NCBI GenBank assembly: GCA_963666835.2
Contig: CAXXGO010000006.1
Span: forward strand, 160,001 to 224,000
Direction: 5' to 3'
DNA length: 64,000 nt
Source of the DNA: Phycisphaerae bacterium
GTDB taxonomy: Bacteria > Planctomycetota > Phycisphaerae > UBA1845
The notes below the pieces were generated by a model that saw only the letters and a program-made list of their open reading frames with translations, was not told the origin of the DNA and did not search any database. The stretch's first letter is position 1. Every line of letters begins with the position of its first letter. A program made the position numbers and the translations under genes. This document shows positions 40,789 to 50,368 of this stretch, one piece after another.

Positions 40789-40892
40789 AATGGCCCTCCT
40801 TTCATTCTGTGATTCAACATGTCCCCTGTGCCGGGCTGGAATGAACTTGCCGAAAGGCGGTGCCGGCACCAGTCCGGCTGGCCAACGCACTC

Positions 40893-41657
40893 TCAGACGA
40901 TGTCGACCTGCACGAGGAACGGACCGGGATCGGCGGTCGCCCCGTTAGTTACGGTCAAGGTCAGAATGTCTCCGCTCGCCGCATGCACGCAGGCCAGCGG
41001 ACCGAGTTCGGAAGCCTCGTTGATTGCCGGGAAGACATTGCTCGAATCGAAGGTCTCCGTGACTATCGTGCCGGCGTTTATTGCCAACGTGACCACGCAG
41101 GTACTGCCGCTGCTTATCCCGGTCGCCGTGGTGTCCTGATTGACCGCTCGGGCCGCCACGATCCAGCCCTCGGCGGAGAAAGCGTGAATTGCTCGAGTGG
41201 GCAAGTCGGTTCCCGCGGCGAGATCATCAACCACAAAGGTGATGGTGCGCACGTGCCGGCGATCGGGATCCAGCCGGAGGATGACCTCACCCGCGCTCGA
41301 TACGTCCTGAGCAAGACCCACGAAGCTGTTGCCGGTTGCGTCGAAGGTCAACGTCTCGTCGTCAGAGGCGAAGACCGGACGGCCGGTGTCGGCGGCGGTG
41401 GCTCCGGCCAGGGGATGGCCGAAATCGCCGAGCGTATAGACTCGAACGGTGGTTGCGGCGTCGCCGCCCGCCGTGTTGTCGGCTTCATCATAGGCAAGCC
41501 CGACGAACTTGTCTCCGGCAAGCAAAGGCCGGGCGTATCCGGTCTCGGCGAGCCCGACGAAGGCGCCCTTGTAAATGTGCGCCGCTCCCGCTACCCGAAG
41601 CGTGCGTATTTCCTGATCGATATAATGGTCCACATCCCGGTTTTCAGTGAGTGCCAT
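40893..41657 (-). CDS. Capsid cement/decoration-like protein with an extra C-terminal beta domain
   Basis: IYKGAFVG...GYARP...FVGLA...ADNTAG...GRPVFASDDETL; lies between the protease and capsid genes. Confidence 0.7.
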   Translation of the reverse strand: MALTENRDVDHYIDQEIRTLRVAGAAHIYKGAFVGLAETGYARPLLAGDKFVGLAYDEADNTAGGDAATTVRVYTLGDFGHPLAGATAADTGRPVFASDDETLTFDATGNSFVGLAQDVSSAGEVILRLDPDRRHVRTITFVVDDLAAGTDLPTRAIHAFSAEGWIVAARAVNQDTTATGISSGSTCVVTLAINAGTIVTETFDSSNVFPAINEASELGPLACVHAASGDILTLTVTNGATADPGPFLVQVDIV

Positions 41658-41691
41658 GATGATGCCGTCCTTTCCGGTTGGTTGATTCGAA

Positions 41692-42648
41692 TCAGTTAGC
41701 GTCGGTAGGGCGGGGATGCCCGGCGGCGCGCAGCGCGTCTTGTACGAAGGCCTCTTCGGTGGTCAGCGTCCCCAGATCCGGATTCGCACGAAACTCGGTT
41801 CGAGCGCGCGACGCCACCACGGCCGCCGCCGGGTCTTTCGAAGGCTCACCCACCCGCGGCACGGTCGCCCCGATATTGACCACCACCGGGGCTGTGCGGA
41901 GCCACTCGTCGAACAGCGCCTGATCGCGCCTCGCCAGGCTCTGAGCCCACGCCCGTTGGGCGTCCACGAGCTTACCCGCTTCGGCCGCTTCACGAATGCG
42001 CTGCGCCACCCGCTGGTCGTCACGCTCACGCTGCAGCTCTTCAAGACGTTCGCCGGCCGCGGCGAGCACCGTCTCGACGTCCGCACCACCTTCGAGCCCC
42101 AGCTCGGACCGCAAGGCAGATACGACCGCGTCGCTCACCCCATCAGCCGGCGTCTTGCTCCGATTCACCAGCGCCGGCATGTCTACGATTGCCGGTTTAT
42201 TCGTTAGCGCCGCGGAGTGAATGGCCACGAGCTTCCGGTCCGTCTTGCGGATAATCGCCACCGGCGACAGATAGCGGTATTCGCCGGCGGCCAGCATCTC
42301 CGCCCCGCGCGTAGTCCAGGCAATGTCGGCGAACAGACCGACTTTCGGCACCGCCACCAGCTTCTTGATCCACCCGGCCGCCGGAGCCTTTCCGTTGGGC
42401 GACGAATAACGTCCGCCCAGCGTCTGATGCTCGTAGTCGATCGGCAGATCGGTCCCGTGCTCCTCGAACGCCCGCGCCGCCAGCCGGGCCGACTCATCGT
42501 CCACCACGAAGCTGCCGTTGGCGCTCTCCACCTTCCCCCATGGGGCCAGCAGCACCCGCGTCGGAACGTCGTCTCCCGCCAAAGATGCGGATTTCAGCGC
42601 CCGCATCTCCCGCGCGTCGTCAAATCCCGTTGCCTTGCTTGTCGACAT
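41692..42648 (-). CDS. Mu-like prohead protease/scaffold (gpI family)
   Basis: DLPIDYEHQT, APAAGWI, YRYLSPV, SAALTNKPAI; GAGG RBS and ATG at 42648. Confidence 0.9.
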   Translation of the reverse strand: MSTSKATGFDDAREMRALKSASLAGDDVPTRVLLAPWGKVESANGSFVVDDESARLAARAFEEHGTDLPIDYEHQTLGGRYSSPNGKAPAAGWIKKLVAVPKVGLFADIAWTTRGAEMLAAGEYRYLSPVAIIRKTDRKLVAIHSAALTNKPAIVDMPALVNRSKTPADGVSDAVVSALRSELGLEGGADVETVLAAAGERLEELQRERDDQRVAQRIREAAEAGKLVDAQRAWAQSLARRDQALFDEWLRTAPVVVNIGATVPRVGEPSKDPAAAVVASRARTEFRANPDLGTLTTEEAFVQDALRAAGHPRPTDAN

Positions 42649-42695
42649 GATTACCTCTCTTGGCCATTGGTCTGAAAAACCCCTTTGTCCACATA

Positions 42696-44006
42696 TCAAC
42701 CGGCGCGCTCACTAATCCGCTCAGAGCTGGTCGATCGCCCCGGCACGATCGCGGCGGTTGACCCGGATTGGGGTACGCCCAAGACGTCATGGAGCCACGC
42801 TTGTGGCACTTTCATCCCCAGACGATTCACGGCCGTGTCCAATACTTCGGTGAGTTGCTTGAGATCACGCGGTTGCTTGAGGTTCCGACGGAAATAAGGC
42901 ACGGGCGCGCAGTCCCCGAAGCGCAGCCGAACCAAGGGACCAAGCAAATCACGGCGAATCGTCCGACCCTCTTTGCGGATGTCGCTGGCGAGAATGTCCT
43001 GCCGCACGGTCTCGTGGACTCCGCTGGCCGCCACCGAGCCGCTCTGCCCCGAGATGTCGGTGGTCAGAGTCTGCCCGAGCCAGGTCTTGCTTATCTCCCG
43101 GTTCAGAAACTCGATCAACCGGCGATAGGGTGCTGCCGCCGCTCCGCGGTTCGATTCAAGCACCTGTAACTCGATCGCCTGACTGAACACCCCGGCCGCG
43201 TTGCCCCCCAACGACTCCAACATCTCCAAGAGCTCGCGTTTCTCCTCGGCAGTAGCCGCCGGATCGTGTCGGGCAATGCGAATCGGCATTCCGAACACCT
43301 CGGAGAAGACCAACCAGTCTTTCAACGCCAGGTTCTTCGCCAGGTACACCATGCTCGTTACCCGCAACAAACCACCACGCTGCGGATGACCCGATACGCT
43401 GTGCGGCGTGTGAATAATGAACTTGTTGGGGGGCGGATTGATCCCCTCGTCCTCGTTTTGGGCGGTGAGGATCCGCGGTCGGTCGAACGAATCGAGAGTG
43501 ATCCGGGTGAACTCCACCGGTACGATCTGCGCCAGACTCAACGCCCCGTCGGCGATCTCCCAGACCAACTCCGCTATCGCGATGTTCCGGCCCAACGCCA
43601 GCGCCAAGTGCTGCAAGACTTCGTCAAAAGTCTCCAATCGGCCAAGCACCTCCCGGCAATAAGCGGCCGCTTCGTCCGCCAGGCCTCGTTCCACCCGGTC
43701 GTCCACCTCGGCCGCACTGACCACCCGCCAATCCAACCCGGTGAGCGCCAGCCGCCGCGTATTGGCGACCGCATACAGATGGGCGTCTTTCTCCTCCATC
43801 TCTTCGAACAACTGCATCGCCGCGCAAAGATCACCGTCGTCCGCCGCACGTAACACGGCCGTGAGCCGCGACGGCGTCAAACCCGCGCTGGGATAATCTC
43901 GAACCGCATCCCGACGATCCGGCATGACTACCCGCCCCGGCCTCGGACGCTTCATCCCCACCGCGCGCCGCGCACTACCCAGCCATCGCCTCCAGTTCAT
44001 TGGCAT
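42696..44006 (-). CDS. Mu-like portal protein (DUF935/gp29 family)
   Basis: GLTPSRL, LFEEMEEKDAHL, KDWLVFSEVFGMPIRI, EISKTWLGQTLTT, VHETVRQDI. Confidence 0.9.
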   Translation of the reverse strand: MPMNWRRWLGSARRAVGMKRPRPGRVVMPDRRDAVRDYPSAGLTPSRLTAVLRAADDGDLCAAMQLFEEMEEKDAHLYAVANTRRLALTGLDWRVVSAAEVDDRVERGLADEAAAYCREVLGRLETFDEVLQHLALALGRNIAIAELVWEIADGALSLAQIVPVEFTRITLDSFDRPRILTAQNEDEGINPPPNKFIIHTPHSVSGHPQRGGLLRVTSMVYLAKNLALKDWLVFSEVFGMPIRIARHDPAATAEEKRELLEMLESLGGNAAGVFSQAIELQVLESNRGAAAAPYRRLIEFLNREISKTWLGQTLTTDISGQSGSVAASGVHETVRQDILASDIRKEGRTIRRDLLGPLVRLRFGDCAPVPYFRRNLKQPRDLKQLTEVLDTAVNRLGMKVPQAWLHDVLGVPQSGSTAAIVPGRSTSSERISERAG

Positions 44007-44197
44007 ACCCTCCCCGTGTTCATAGCCGCACTTATCCCCTTTGAGAATCAGGCCCGTTGGGGGCACTCCCCCCAACAGCAAAGACCGTCCAGCCACTTCC
44101 CCGCACCAACAACGGCCGCCCAACGCCCTTCCCCTCGCAACACTAAACGTCGCTCAGCGCACCGGTCCTAACCTCTGCAGGCTGCCATGCGGCAACG

Positions 44198-44305
44198 CGT
44201 CCCGAAGGGACATAAGGCATGTAGCCACGGGTGGAGCGAAGCGGAACCTGTGGGGGCGATCGCACACGTGTTCCCGTCCCGAAGGGCCGGCGGACGGTTG
44301 CCGGA
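44198..44305. repeat. Host REP/MITE-like copy between terL and the portal gene
   Basis: GTCCCGAAGGGAC...GTAGCCACGGGTGGAGCGAAGCGGAACC...CCCGTCCCGAAGGGCCGGCGGAC, as at ~35960..36060. Confidence 0.8.
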
Positions 44306-44361
44306 ATTGCGCGACGGCCTGAATGGACCCAAACTACGGACGGCAATTGACCTTGGGGGTT

Positions 44362-45717
44362 TCACCACGCGCCCTTTCGCGCAAACTGCAACGGGCCGAC
44401 GTTCATGACCTCGGCCTTGCCCGTGCTGCTGCGGGCGGCGTAGACCGCCAGAGCCGCCGCCCAGAACCGATCGGCATGGCTACCCTCCACGCGCGGTGCG
44501 GAAAGCCGTAAGTGCCCCGCACTTGTCACGGCACGTTGTACGGCGTGCCAGTCATTGCGAATGCGCTCATCATCCGGAATCCGGATCTGCCTTGCCTCGA
44601 CCGCAATCCGCAACCCGCCCGCGATCTGTGATTTGAGCGCCGGCGTGAATGTGACCGGTTCGACCCGATGCCCCCCGAACCGCTCGACGAGTTGCTCGGA
44701 CAGTTGCATGCCGAGTCCGCCCGCATCGATCGCGCAGCGGCGCACGGTCGGCAGCGCCATCAGAGTACTGAGCACCTCGAACTGCCGCGTGAACGAGGTG
44801 TTGGCCAGCTCGACGACCGCCACCGTTCGCCACACCGACCCTTCACTAGCCAGGACCCACGCCGCCGTCAGATCGCGCACCCGCCCGACGTCTACCCCCA
44901 CGAACAGCTCACGCGTTTCGCACGCCAGAGGCTCCACTTCGCAATGGCACACCAACGCGTCGTCCACGCAATCGGTTATCTGCTCATAGGTGAGAAACGC
45001 GGTCGACTCATCGATGAACTCGCAAAGAAACTCCTGCCGAAAGAGGGTCTCGTCGCCCATAGCCCGCCGCATCTGCTCCACGTCCACATCTAACCCATAG
45101 GCCACCGCGTCCGGCAGCGTCAACAAGCTGGTGGTGAACCGCGGATTGTCACGCACCTGGCAGAACATGTTGCCGCAGCCCTTGGGCGTGGACGCCACGT
45201 CCAGCTCGCCGTCACCGCGAAGAAGCGTCGGGAACATCGCCGCCCAGATCTCGCGATCGAAGTCGTGCATCGCGAATTCGTCGAGCAGAACATCACCGGT
45301 GAAACCCCGTGCCGTCTGCGGGTTGGCCGGGAGCCCGATGACCCGGACCCCGCCCGGCAGGACGATCTCGAGCTGCTTGACGCTGAGCCCTTTGAAAAAG
45401 CGATCGTCGTAATAGTCCGTCGCAATCTGCAGAGCCCGGCAATGCTGGCGAGCCTTGGCCATCAGCTCCCGACTCTGCCGCTCACCGGCCGAGAGGAACA
45501 CCTGCGTTCGCCGCCGAGATAGTCCGCGGAGGATCCGGCGTAGTGATTTGGTGAAGCTCTTACCCGTCTGCCGCGCCCAGCAGTTCCAACGAAACCGGGC
45601 GTCACTTTCCACGTCTTCACGCTGGTACGGCAGCAGTGGGACAATCGCCCGGGTTTGCGCCGGTTGCCGAACCCGCGCGTTTCCGAGATGACGTTGCGCT
45701 GATAGTAACGTGCCCAT
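44362..45717 (-). CDS. Mu-like terminase large subunit (gp28 family)
   Basis: LLPYQ, ARQTGKS (Walker A), LLDEFA (Walker B), ASTPKG, nuclease motifs GVDVGR...IDAGGLG...HADRFWA. Confidence 0.92.
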   Translation of the reverse strand: MGTLLSAQRHLGNARVRQPAQTRAIVPLLPYQREDVESDARFRWNCWARQTGKSFTKSLRRILRGLSRRRTQVFLSAGERQSRELMAKARQHCRALQIATDYYDDRFFKGLSVKQLEIVLPGGVRVIGLPANPQTARGFTGDVLLDEFAMHDFDREIWAAMFPTLLRGDGELDVASTPKGCGNMFCQVRDNPRFTTSLLTLPDAVAYGLDVDVEQMRRAMGDETLFRQEFLCEFIDESTAFLTYEQITDCVDDALVCHCEVEPLACETRELFVGVDVGRVRDLTAAWVLASEGSVWRTVAVVELANTSFTRQFEVLSTLMALPTVRRCAIDAGGLGMQLSEQLVERFGGHRVEPVTFTPALKSQIAGGLRIAVEARQIRIPDDERIRNDWHAVQRAVTSAGHLRLSAPRVEGSHADRFWAAALAVYAARSSTGKAEVMNVGPLQFARKGAW

Positions 45718-46153
45718 GCGAGTGCATTACCGGTGTCGGACATTGCAGCCGGCCCTCGCGTCGGCATTCTCTCTGCCCGCATAGAACATGCCCCAACAAC
45801 GCATCACCTGAACGCCGGATTAACCTCGCCCCACCGATCGCCCGGGTGCCCCATCCGTCGCCCCAGGCGAAGGGTGGGGGATGGACCCGCAGCTTGATGT
45901 CTCACGTGACTGCCAAGCAAACTCCGTCAGGCAGGGTGGCCCATGTTCTTTTGAATCTAGCGCGGGTGCCCCGTCCTTCGTCTCCGGCGAAGGGTGGGGG
46001 ACGGACCCGCAGCTCGATGTCTCGAACGACGGTCAAGCAAGCCTCCCACCACCGGATGTCCCGCAATAGTTGAAAGCAAGGTGCGACACGTTGTATAATG
46101 TCCGCATCAAACAGGTCATTGCAGTGGGTCAGAATGGAAAGGAGTATAGGTCA

Positions 46154-46480
46154 ATGAGTGATTCTCTTCCCCCTATGAGCGCCCCGTCAATACCGCAGCC
46201 CCCTCAGCCAACCCAACCCGATGGTAAAGCCGTCGCGGCTCTCGTGCTCGGCTTGTGCAGTATGTTCCTGTGGCTGTGTCCTTTGATTGGGGTGATCGTA
46301 GCAATCAACGGTTTCGTTCTTGGTATCATTTCCCGCGAACGCCAGCGCAGCAAGATGGCCATGGCCGGGATCATCCTCAGCCTGATTGGCGGCATAGCAA
46401 GCGTACTCAATATGATCATAGGCGCGTATCTCGGCGCTACGGGTCAGCATCCTGTGATAAACGCGATGCAGCAGGGGTAG
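46154..46480 (+). CDS. DUF4190-like small membrane protein
   Basis: Pro-rich N-terminus, GKAVAALVLG...LGII...MAMAGIILS; AAGGAG RBS. Confidence 0.8.
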   Translation: MSDSLPPMSAPSIPQPPQPTQPDGKAVAALVLGLCSMFLWLCPLIGVIVAINGFVLGIISRERQRSKMAMAGIILSLIGGIASVLNMIIGAYLGATGQHPVINAMQQG

Positions 46481-46974
46481 CGCGGGTGCCCCATCCGTCG
46501 CCCCAGGCGAAGGGTGGGGGACGGACCCGCAGCTTGATGTCTCACGTGACTGCCAAGCAAGCCCCGTCAGGCAGGGTGACCCATGTTCTTTTGAATCTAG
46601 CGAATGCCTAGTCCGTGGCACACGCGGGCGATGTGAGGTTGTTTGAACATGGGGTAGCCGATGATAATACCCGTTCGTAGTTGATGGCGAGTTGCAGCGC
46701 GGGTGCCTTATCCGTCGCCCCAGGCGATGAGTCTCGCTGCTCTACACATCATCCACCGCATTCACTGATTGCAGCCGTTCGGTCTTCGATCTCGATTCTC
46801 CAGCCCGAAGGGCTTGGATGAAGTAGACGGGGGCAAGTCCGCCATCGGCGGACGCCGCCCCCGGACCCGCTCCCCCCCCGTACCTGACCCCGCAGGGGGT
46901 CAAACAGCGCGGTGAATGTGCTTCGCCATTGACTTTTGACGCATTGTCAAAGAGCTCGGGCAGCCGAAACGAAC

Positions 46975-47200
46975 TCGCGGTTCATCGACGCCGTTTCTTT
47001 CACCCTGTCAGGGTGATTGGGGTCCTTGTGACTCCACCGAGGGCGGCGGCCGCTACGCGGCCTTGCCCCCGTCTACTATCTTGTAGGCTTTCAGCCTGAA
47101 AAAGGGGCTAGCTTGCAGCTTGTCAGGCTGGGGAATGCGTCACCGCGGAGTTAGACGGATACGCTCCGCTCCCCCGGCAAAGATGTGTAGAACAACGAGG
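46975..47200. repeat. ~225-bp dispersed repeat
   Basis: Inverted copy at ~56728..56953. Confidence 0.8.
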
Positions 47201-47755
47201 GCGAAGGGGCGCGGGTGCCCCGTCCTTCGCCCCAGGCGAAGGGTGGCGGACGGACCCGCAGCTCGATGTCTCGAACAACTGCCAAGCAAGCCCCGTCAGG
47301 CAGGGTGACCCATGTTCTTCTGAATCTAGCGAATGCCTAGTCCGTGGCACACGCGTGCGATGTCATGTAAACGGATACGTGGTGGACCCGACGAACGCGG
47401 CCGCAGTGATGGAGAAGGTGACGGGTAACTCGGCCGTCGGCGTAGTCCTTGGCGGAACCGGCCCATAGGGTGACTCATCGAGGCACAAGATCTTCCCAAA
47501 CAGGTGGCATCGTTAGCGTCAATTGCCACGGCGAGGAACCCGGTCAAACCCAGTGATTCCGTGTCCGCCCAGCCGTTTTTGCTGGTTTCCCTGTCTCGGT
47601 TGCGTTACAATGGGGGACATCGCATGTGGGAGGTTGGGACTGCGCGCCCCGGCGGGTCCGACGGCAGAATCGCCCGTAAGCACCATCGGTCTCGGGACAG
47701 CCGAAGAGTCGGTTTCTTGGGTGACGCGTCGCGAATCGACTGCAGGAGGGTATGG

Positions 47756-48841
47756 ATGATGAGCAAAGCGACGAGGTTCGCCGCGATCGCGGCCGCGGCG
47801 TTGGTATGCGTTTCGGCATCTCAGGCGGTGGAGATTCAGACGGTAAGCGTCAGCAACCCCGGGAATCCGGCCGACCCGAGGTACCCGGACCCGCCGGTGG
47901 CCAGTTTCGGCGGGGTGGACAATGTCTACAACATCGGCACGTTCGAGGTGACCGCCGGGCAGTACCGGGATTTCCTGAATGCGGTCGACCCCGCGGGCTC
48001 TAATCCATACGGCATCTACAACAGCGCCATGGACATCATTGAATGCGGTTGCCAGATCACGTGGAGCGGTTCGACCTACGACTTCAGTGGACGTCCGAGC
48101 GGGACGGAAGCTGACTGGGTCGACCGCCCGGTGAACTACGTCTCCTGGGGCGACGCGGCGCGGTTTGCCAACTGGCTGCACAATGGCCAGCCGACGGGCC
48201 AGTTGACCGGGGATCCGGCCCAGGATGCGGGCCTGACTGAGGACGGCTCGTACTACCTGAACGGTGCGACGAGCGACGCCGAGCTGATGGCCGTGGTGCG
48301 CGAGGAGGACGCCACGTGGGTGATCCCGTCGGAGGACGAGTGGTACAAGGCAGCGTACTACGACGACGGCGGTAGCGTGTACTACGACTACCCCATGAGC
48401 ACGGACGCAGTTCCGAACAATGGAAATCCGGAAGGCGACACGGGCAACTCGGCCAACTTCGATGATGGTGACGACACGATAGGCAGCCCATACTGGCGTA
48501 CGGAGGTGGGCTTCTTTAGCCTGTCTGCGAGCCCGTACGACACGTTCGACCAAGCCGGGAACGTCTGGGAGTGGAATGAAACGGCGATCGGAGATACGCG
48601 CCGCGGTCTGCGTGGCGGGTCGTTCAGCAGCTACCTCGGCGTCAGCGCCCTGCACGCGGACTACCGGAGCTATAACGGCCTCCCGTCGCGCGAGGGCGAC
48701 TACCTCGGGTTTCGTGTTGCCGAAGTCTTTGAGCAAGCTTCCGTGCCGGCTGTTTCCGAATGGGGGATGGTAACGATGGCCTTACTCGTGCTGACGGCAG
48801 GGACGCTGGTGTGGGCGAGACGCGTTCCGGCGATGTTGTAG
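47756..48841 (+). CDS. FGE-sulfatase (SUMF1-like) domain protein with an IPTL-CTERM-like sorting signal
   Basis: Signal peptide, EVTAGQY, PVNYVSW, PSEDEWYKAAY, DQAGNVWEW, RGGSF, GFRVA, C-terminal VPAVSEWG-TM-RR. Confidence 0.9.
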   Translation: MMSKATRFAAIAAAALVCVSASQAVEIQTVSVSNPGNPADPRYPDPPVASFGGVDNVYNIGTFEVTAGQYRDFLNAVDPAGSNPYGIYNSAMDIIECGCQITWSGSTYDFSGRPSGTEADWVDRPVNYVSWGDAARFANWLHNGQPTGQLTGDPAQDAGLTEDGSYYLNGATSDAELMAVVREEDATWVIPSEDEWYKAAYYDDGGSVYYDYPMSTDAVPNNGNPEGDTGNSANFDDGDDTIGSPYWRTEVGFFSLSASPYDTFDQAGNVWEWNETAIGDTRRGLRGGSFSSYLGVSALHADYRSYNGLPSREGDYLGFRVAEVFEQASVPAVSEWGMVTMALLVLTAGTLVWARRVPAML

Positions 48842-49030
48842 CCCGACAACGGAAGGTGACGGGCGGCGTAGACCATCATGGGTGGCATGGTCCACGCTCG
48901 CGTGGCCATGACGCGCAGAGCCCAGCGTCATTGCCCCTGGACTTATCAAACCGCCGCCGCGCAGGCTTTCTCAACGCCCCCACTATCTTGACAATTGTCC
49001 ACCCGCGCGGTGCGGCAACCGTCACGATCG

Positions 49031-49474
49031 TCAAGACAGCTCACTTGCTTCGACGGCCGGCCGCTCGCCTTCGTCCGCCGGCTCGCCTCCGCGCCCCAGC
49101 GACCAATACACCCACAGCAGAGCAAGCACGGGGACGCCGAGCTTCAGAATGAAGGGCAATAGCGCACCGACGTGATCCCACCAGGTTCGATCGTCTTTCG
49201 AGGTTACAAAGACGATCACCTTCACCGCCACGGGGACCACGAGGAACAGGATAATCGGCAGGTAGAGCCAGAACTTGAACGTCAGCGTCGCCTCGACGCA
49301 CGCTACCGCGCGCTTGCGGGCGTAGAGGTTGACCCCCATGGTGACCACGGCCGCAACCACGCCGATCGGCCCGTGAAACGCCTCCTCAACAACCTCGTAA
49401 ACGTACAGCCCGATCAGCCAAGCCACGACGAACATGACGAGCCCGCGCACCCGGTCAGTCTTGCCCTGTGCCAT
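49031..49474 (-). CDS. Hypothetical 4-TM membrane protein
   Basis: 147-aa ORF, GGAG RBS, four hydrophobic segments. Confidence 0.7.
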   Translation of the reverse strand: MAQGKTDRVRGLVMFVVAWLIGLYVYEVVEEAFHGPIGVVAAVVTMGVNLYARKRAVACVEATLTFKFWLYLPIILFLVVPVAVKVIVFVTSKDDRTWWDHVGALLPFILKLGVPVLALLWVYWSLGRGGEPADEGERPAVEASELS

Positions 49475-50121
49475 TCCACGTCTCCGCGTTTACTCGGTTG
49501 ACCCGGCCTATTCACCCAAACGAAGTACAGGCCGTGCGTCGATGTAACGCCGGGGCCTGTCCACGGTGTGGAGGCCTGCGGTGTCTCCATGACGCCACCC
49601 ACAAGTAGCGTCATAGTGCTCTGCGCGCATTCATGCACCCGCCATGAACGGCACGGGGCGACCGGCGGTACGTCCGCGACCCTCACAACCGATTGATCGT
49701 CAATCCGTTCCGCCGATCGCCTGCCATTCTCGGCCGGGTACGTCGCCCAATAGTCGCCCATTCGCTGTCCGAACCACTGACCGGACACGACTTCGGACAC
49801 GCGTATCGCCCATATCGGACACGTGTCCGCGATGAAGGTGTCCGTTTTGTCCGCCGAATCGCTGTCCGGACACCTCGAGCGCCCCGAAGGGCTCGCGCGG
49901 AGCGTGTCGCCTCATCACACCGTAACTCGCGAGTTTACATGGGTTTACGGCAAACGGACACCGTGTCCGCCTTGTCCGCCGGAGAGAATCGGGCGCGATA
50001 TCGCGCACGGTATGTAGCGGGGATCGGTGGGCAACGAGGCGGGACATGTGCTCCCGTCGCGCCAAGCGTAACGCACGCAGTAGGTCGGGTTCTTCCCGAT
50101 TACCACCTAATTGGAGTGGCT

Positions 50122-50289
50122 CTACGGATTGATCGTCGCGTTGATGACCGTCGTCGCGAGAGTGTTGGCGAACGAGGCCAGGCTGCTTCGCAGAGCGCTC
50201 GTCACCCAACCGCTGTCACAGCCGGCCGACATCACTGCGGCAAGGACTACCAAGAGCTTGACTGTCGACGAGATTCTTCGCTTGTTCAT
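50122..50289 (-). CDS. Small lipoprotein (55 aa), absent from the ORF track
   Basis: Hand translation MNKRRISSTVKLLVVLAAVMSAGCDSGWVTSALRSSLASFANTLATTVINATINP; GGGAG RBS; lipobox MSAGC. Confidence 0.7.
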   Translation of the reverse strand: MNKRRISSTVKLLVVLAAVMSAGCDSGWVTSALRSSLASFANTLATTVINATINP

Positions 50290-50368
50290 GTTATACTCCC
50301 TGTGTCCGTCTGGTTCAGGTTATCGGGTTATCGTAAACGCCGCTTGAGAGCCCTTTGCGCGGAGATTG

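Larger units (their letters stand above)
45842..47355 (+). repeat. Direct repeats of ~120-145 bp flanking the DUF4190-like gene
   Basis: Copies at ~45842..45960, 45961..46040 (partial), 46481..46626, 46698..46727 (partial) and 47211..47355. Confidence 0.85.

Noticed and set aside
39865..45717. Complete Mu-like prophage
   Set aside because: No transposase, repressor, tail or lysis genes, and no recognisable Mu ends in the flanks
18677..45717. Island TerS pairing with the Mu-like TerL as one capsid-forming satellite
   Set aside because: The head genes lie outside the att sites and ~13 kb of mostly housekeeping DNA away, and Nu1/cos-type and Mu-type packaging are different classes; not excluded, but unsupported
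45842..47355. Integron attC cassette array
   Set aside because: No clear RYYYAAC/GTTRRRY boundaries and no integron integrase nearby
50111..50347. 78-aa plus-strand ORF
   Set aside because: The opposite strand has a better small lipoprotein ORF with an RBS and lipobox
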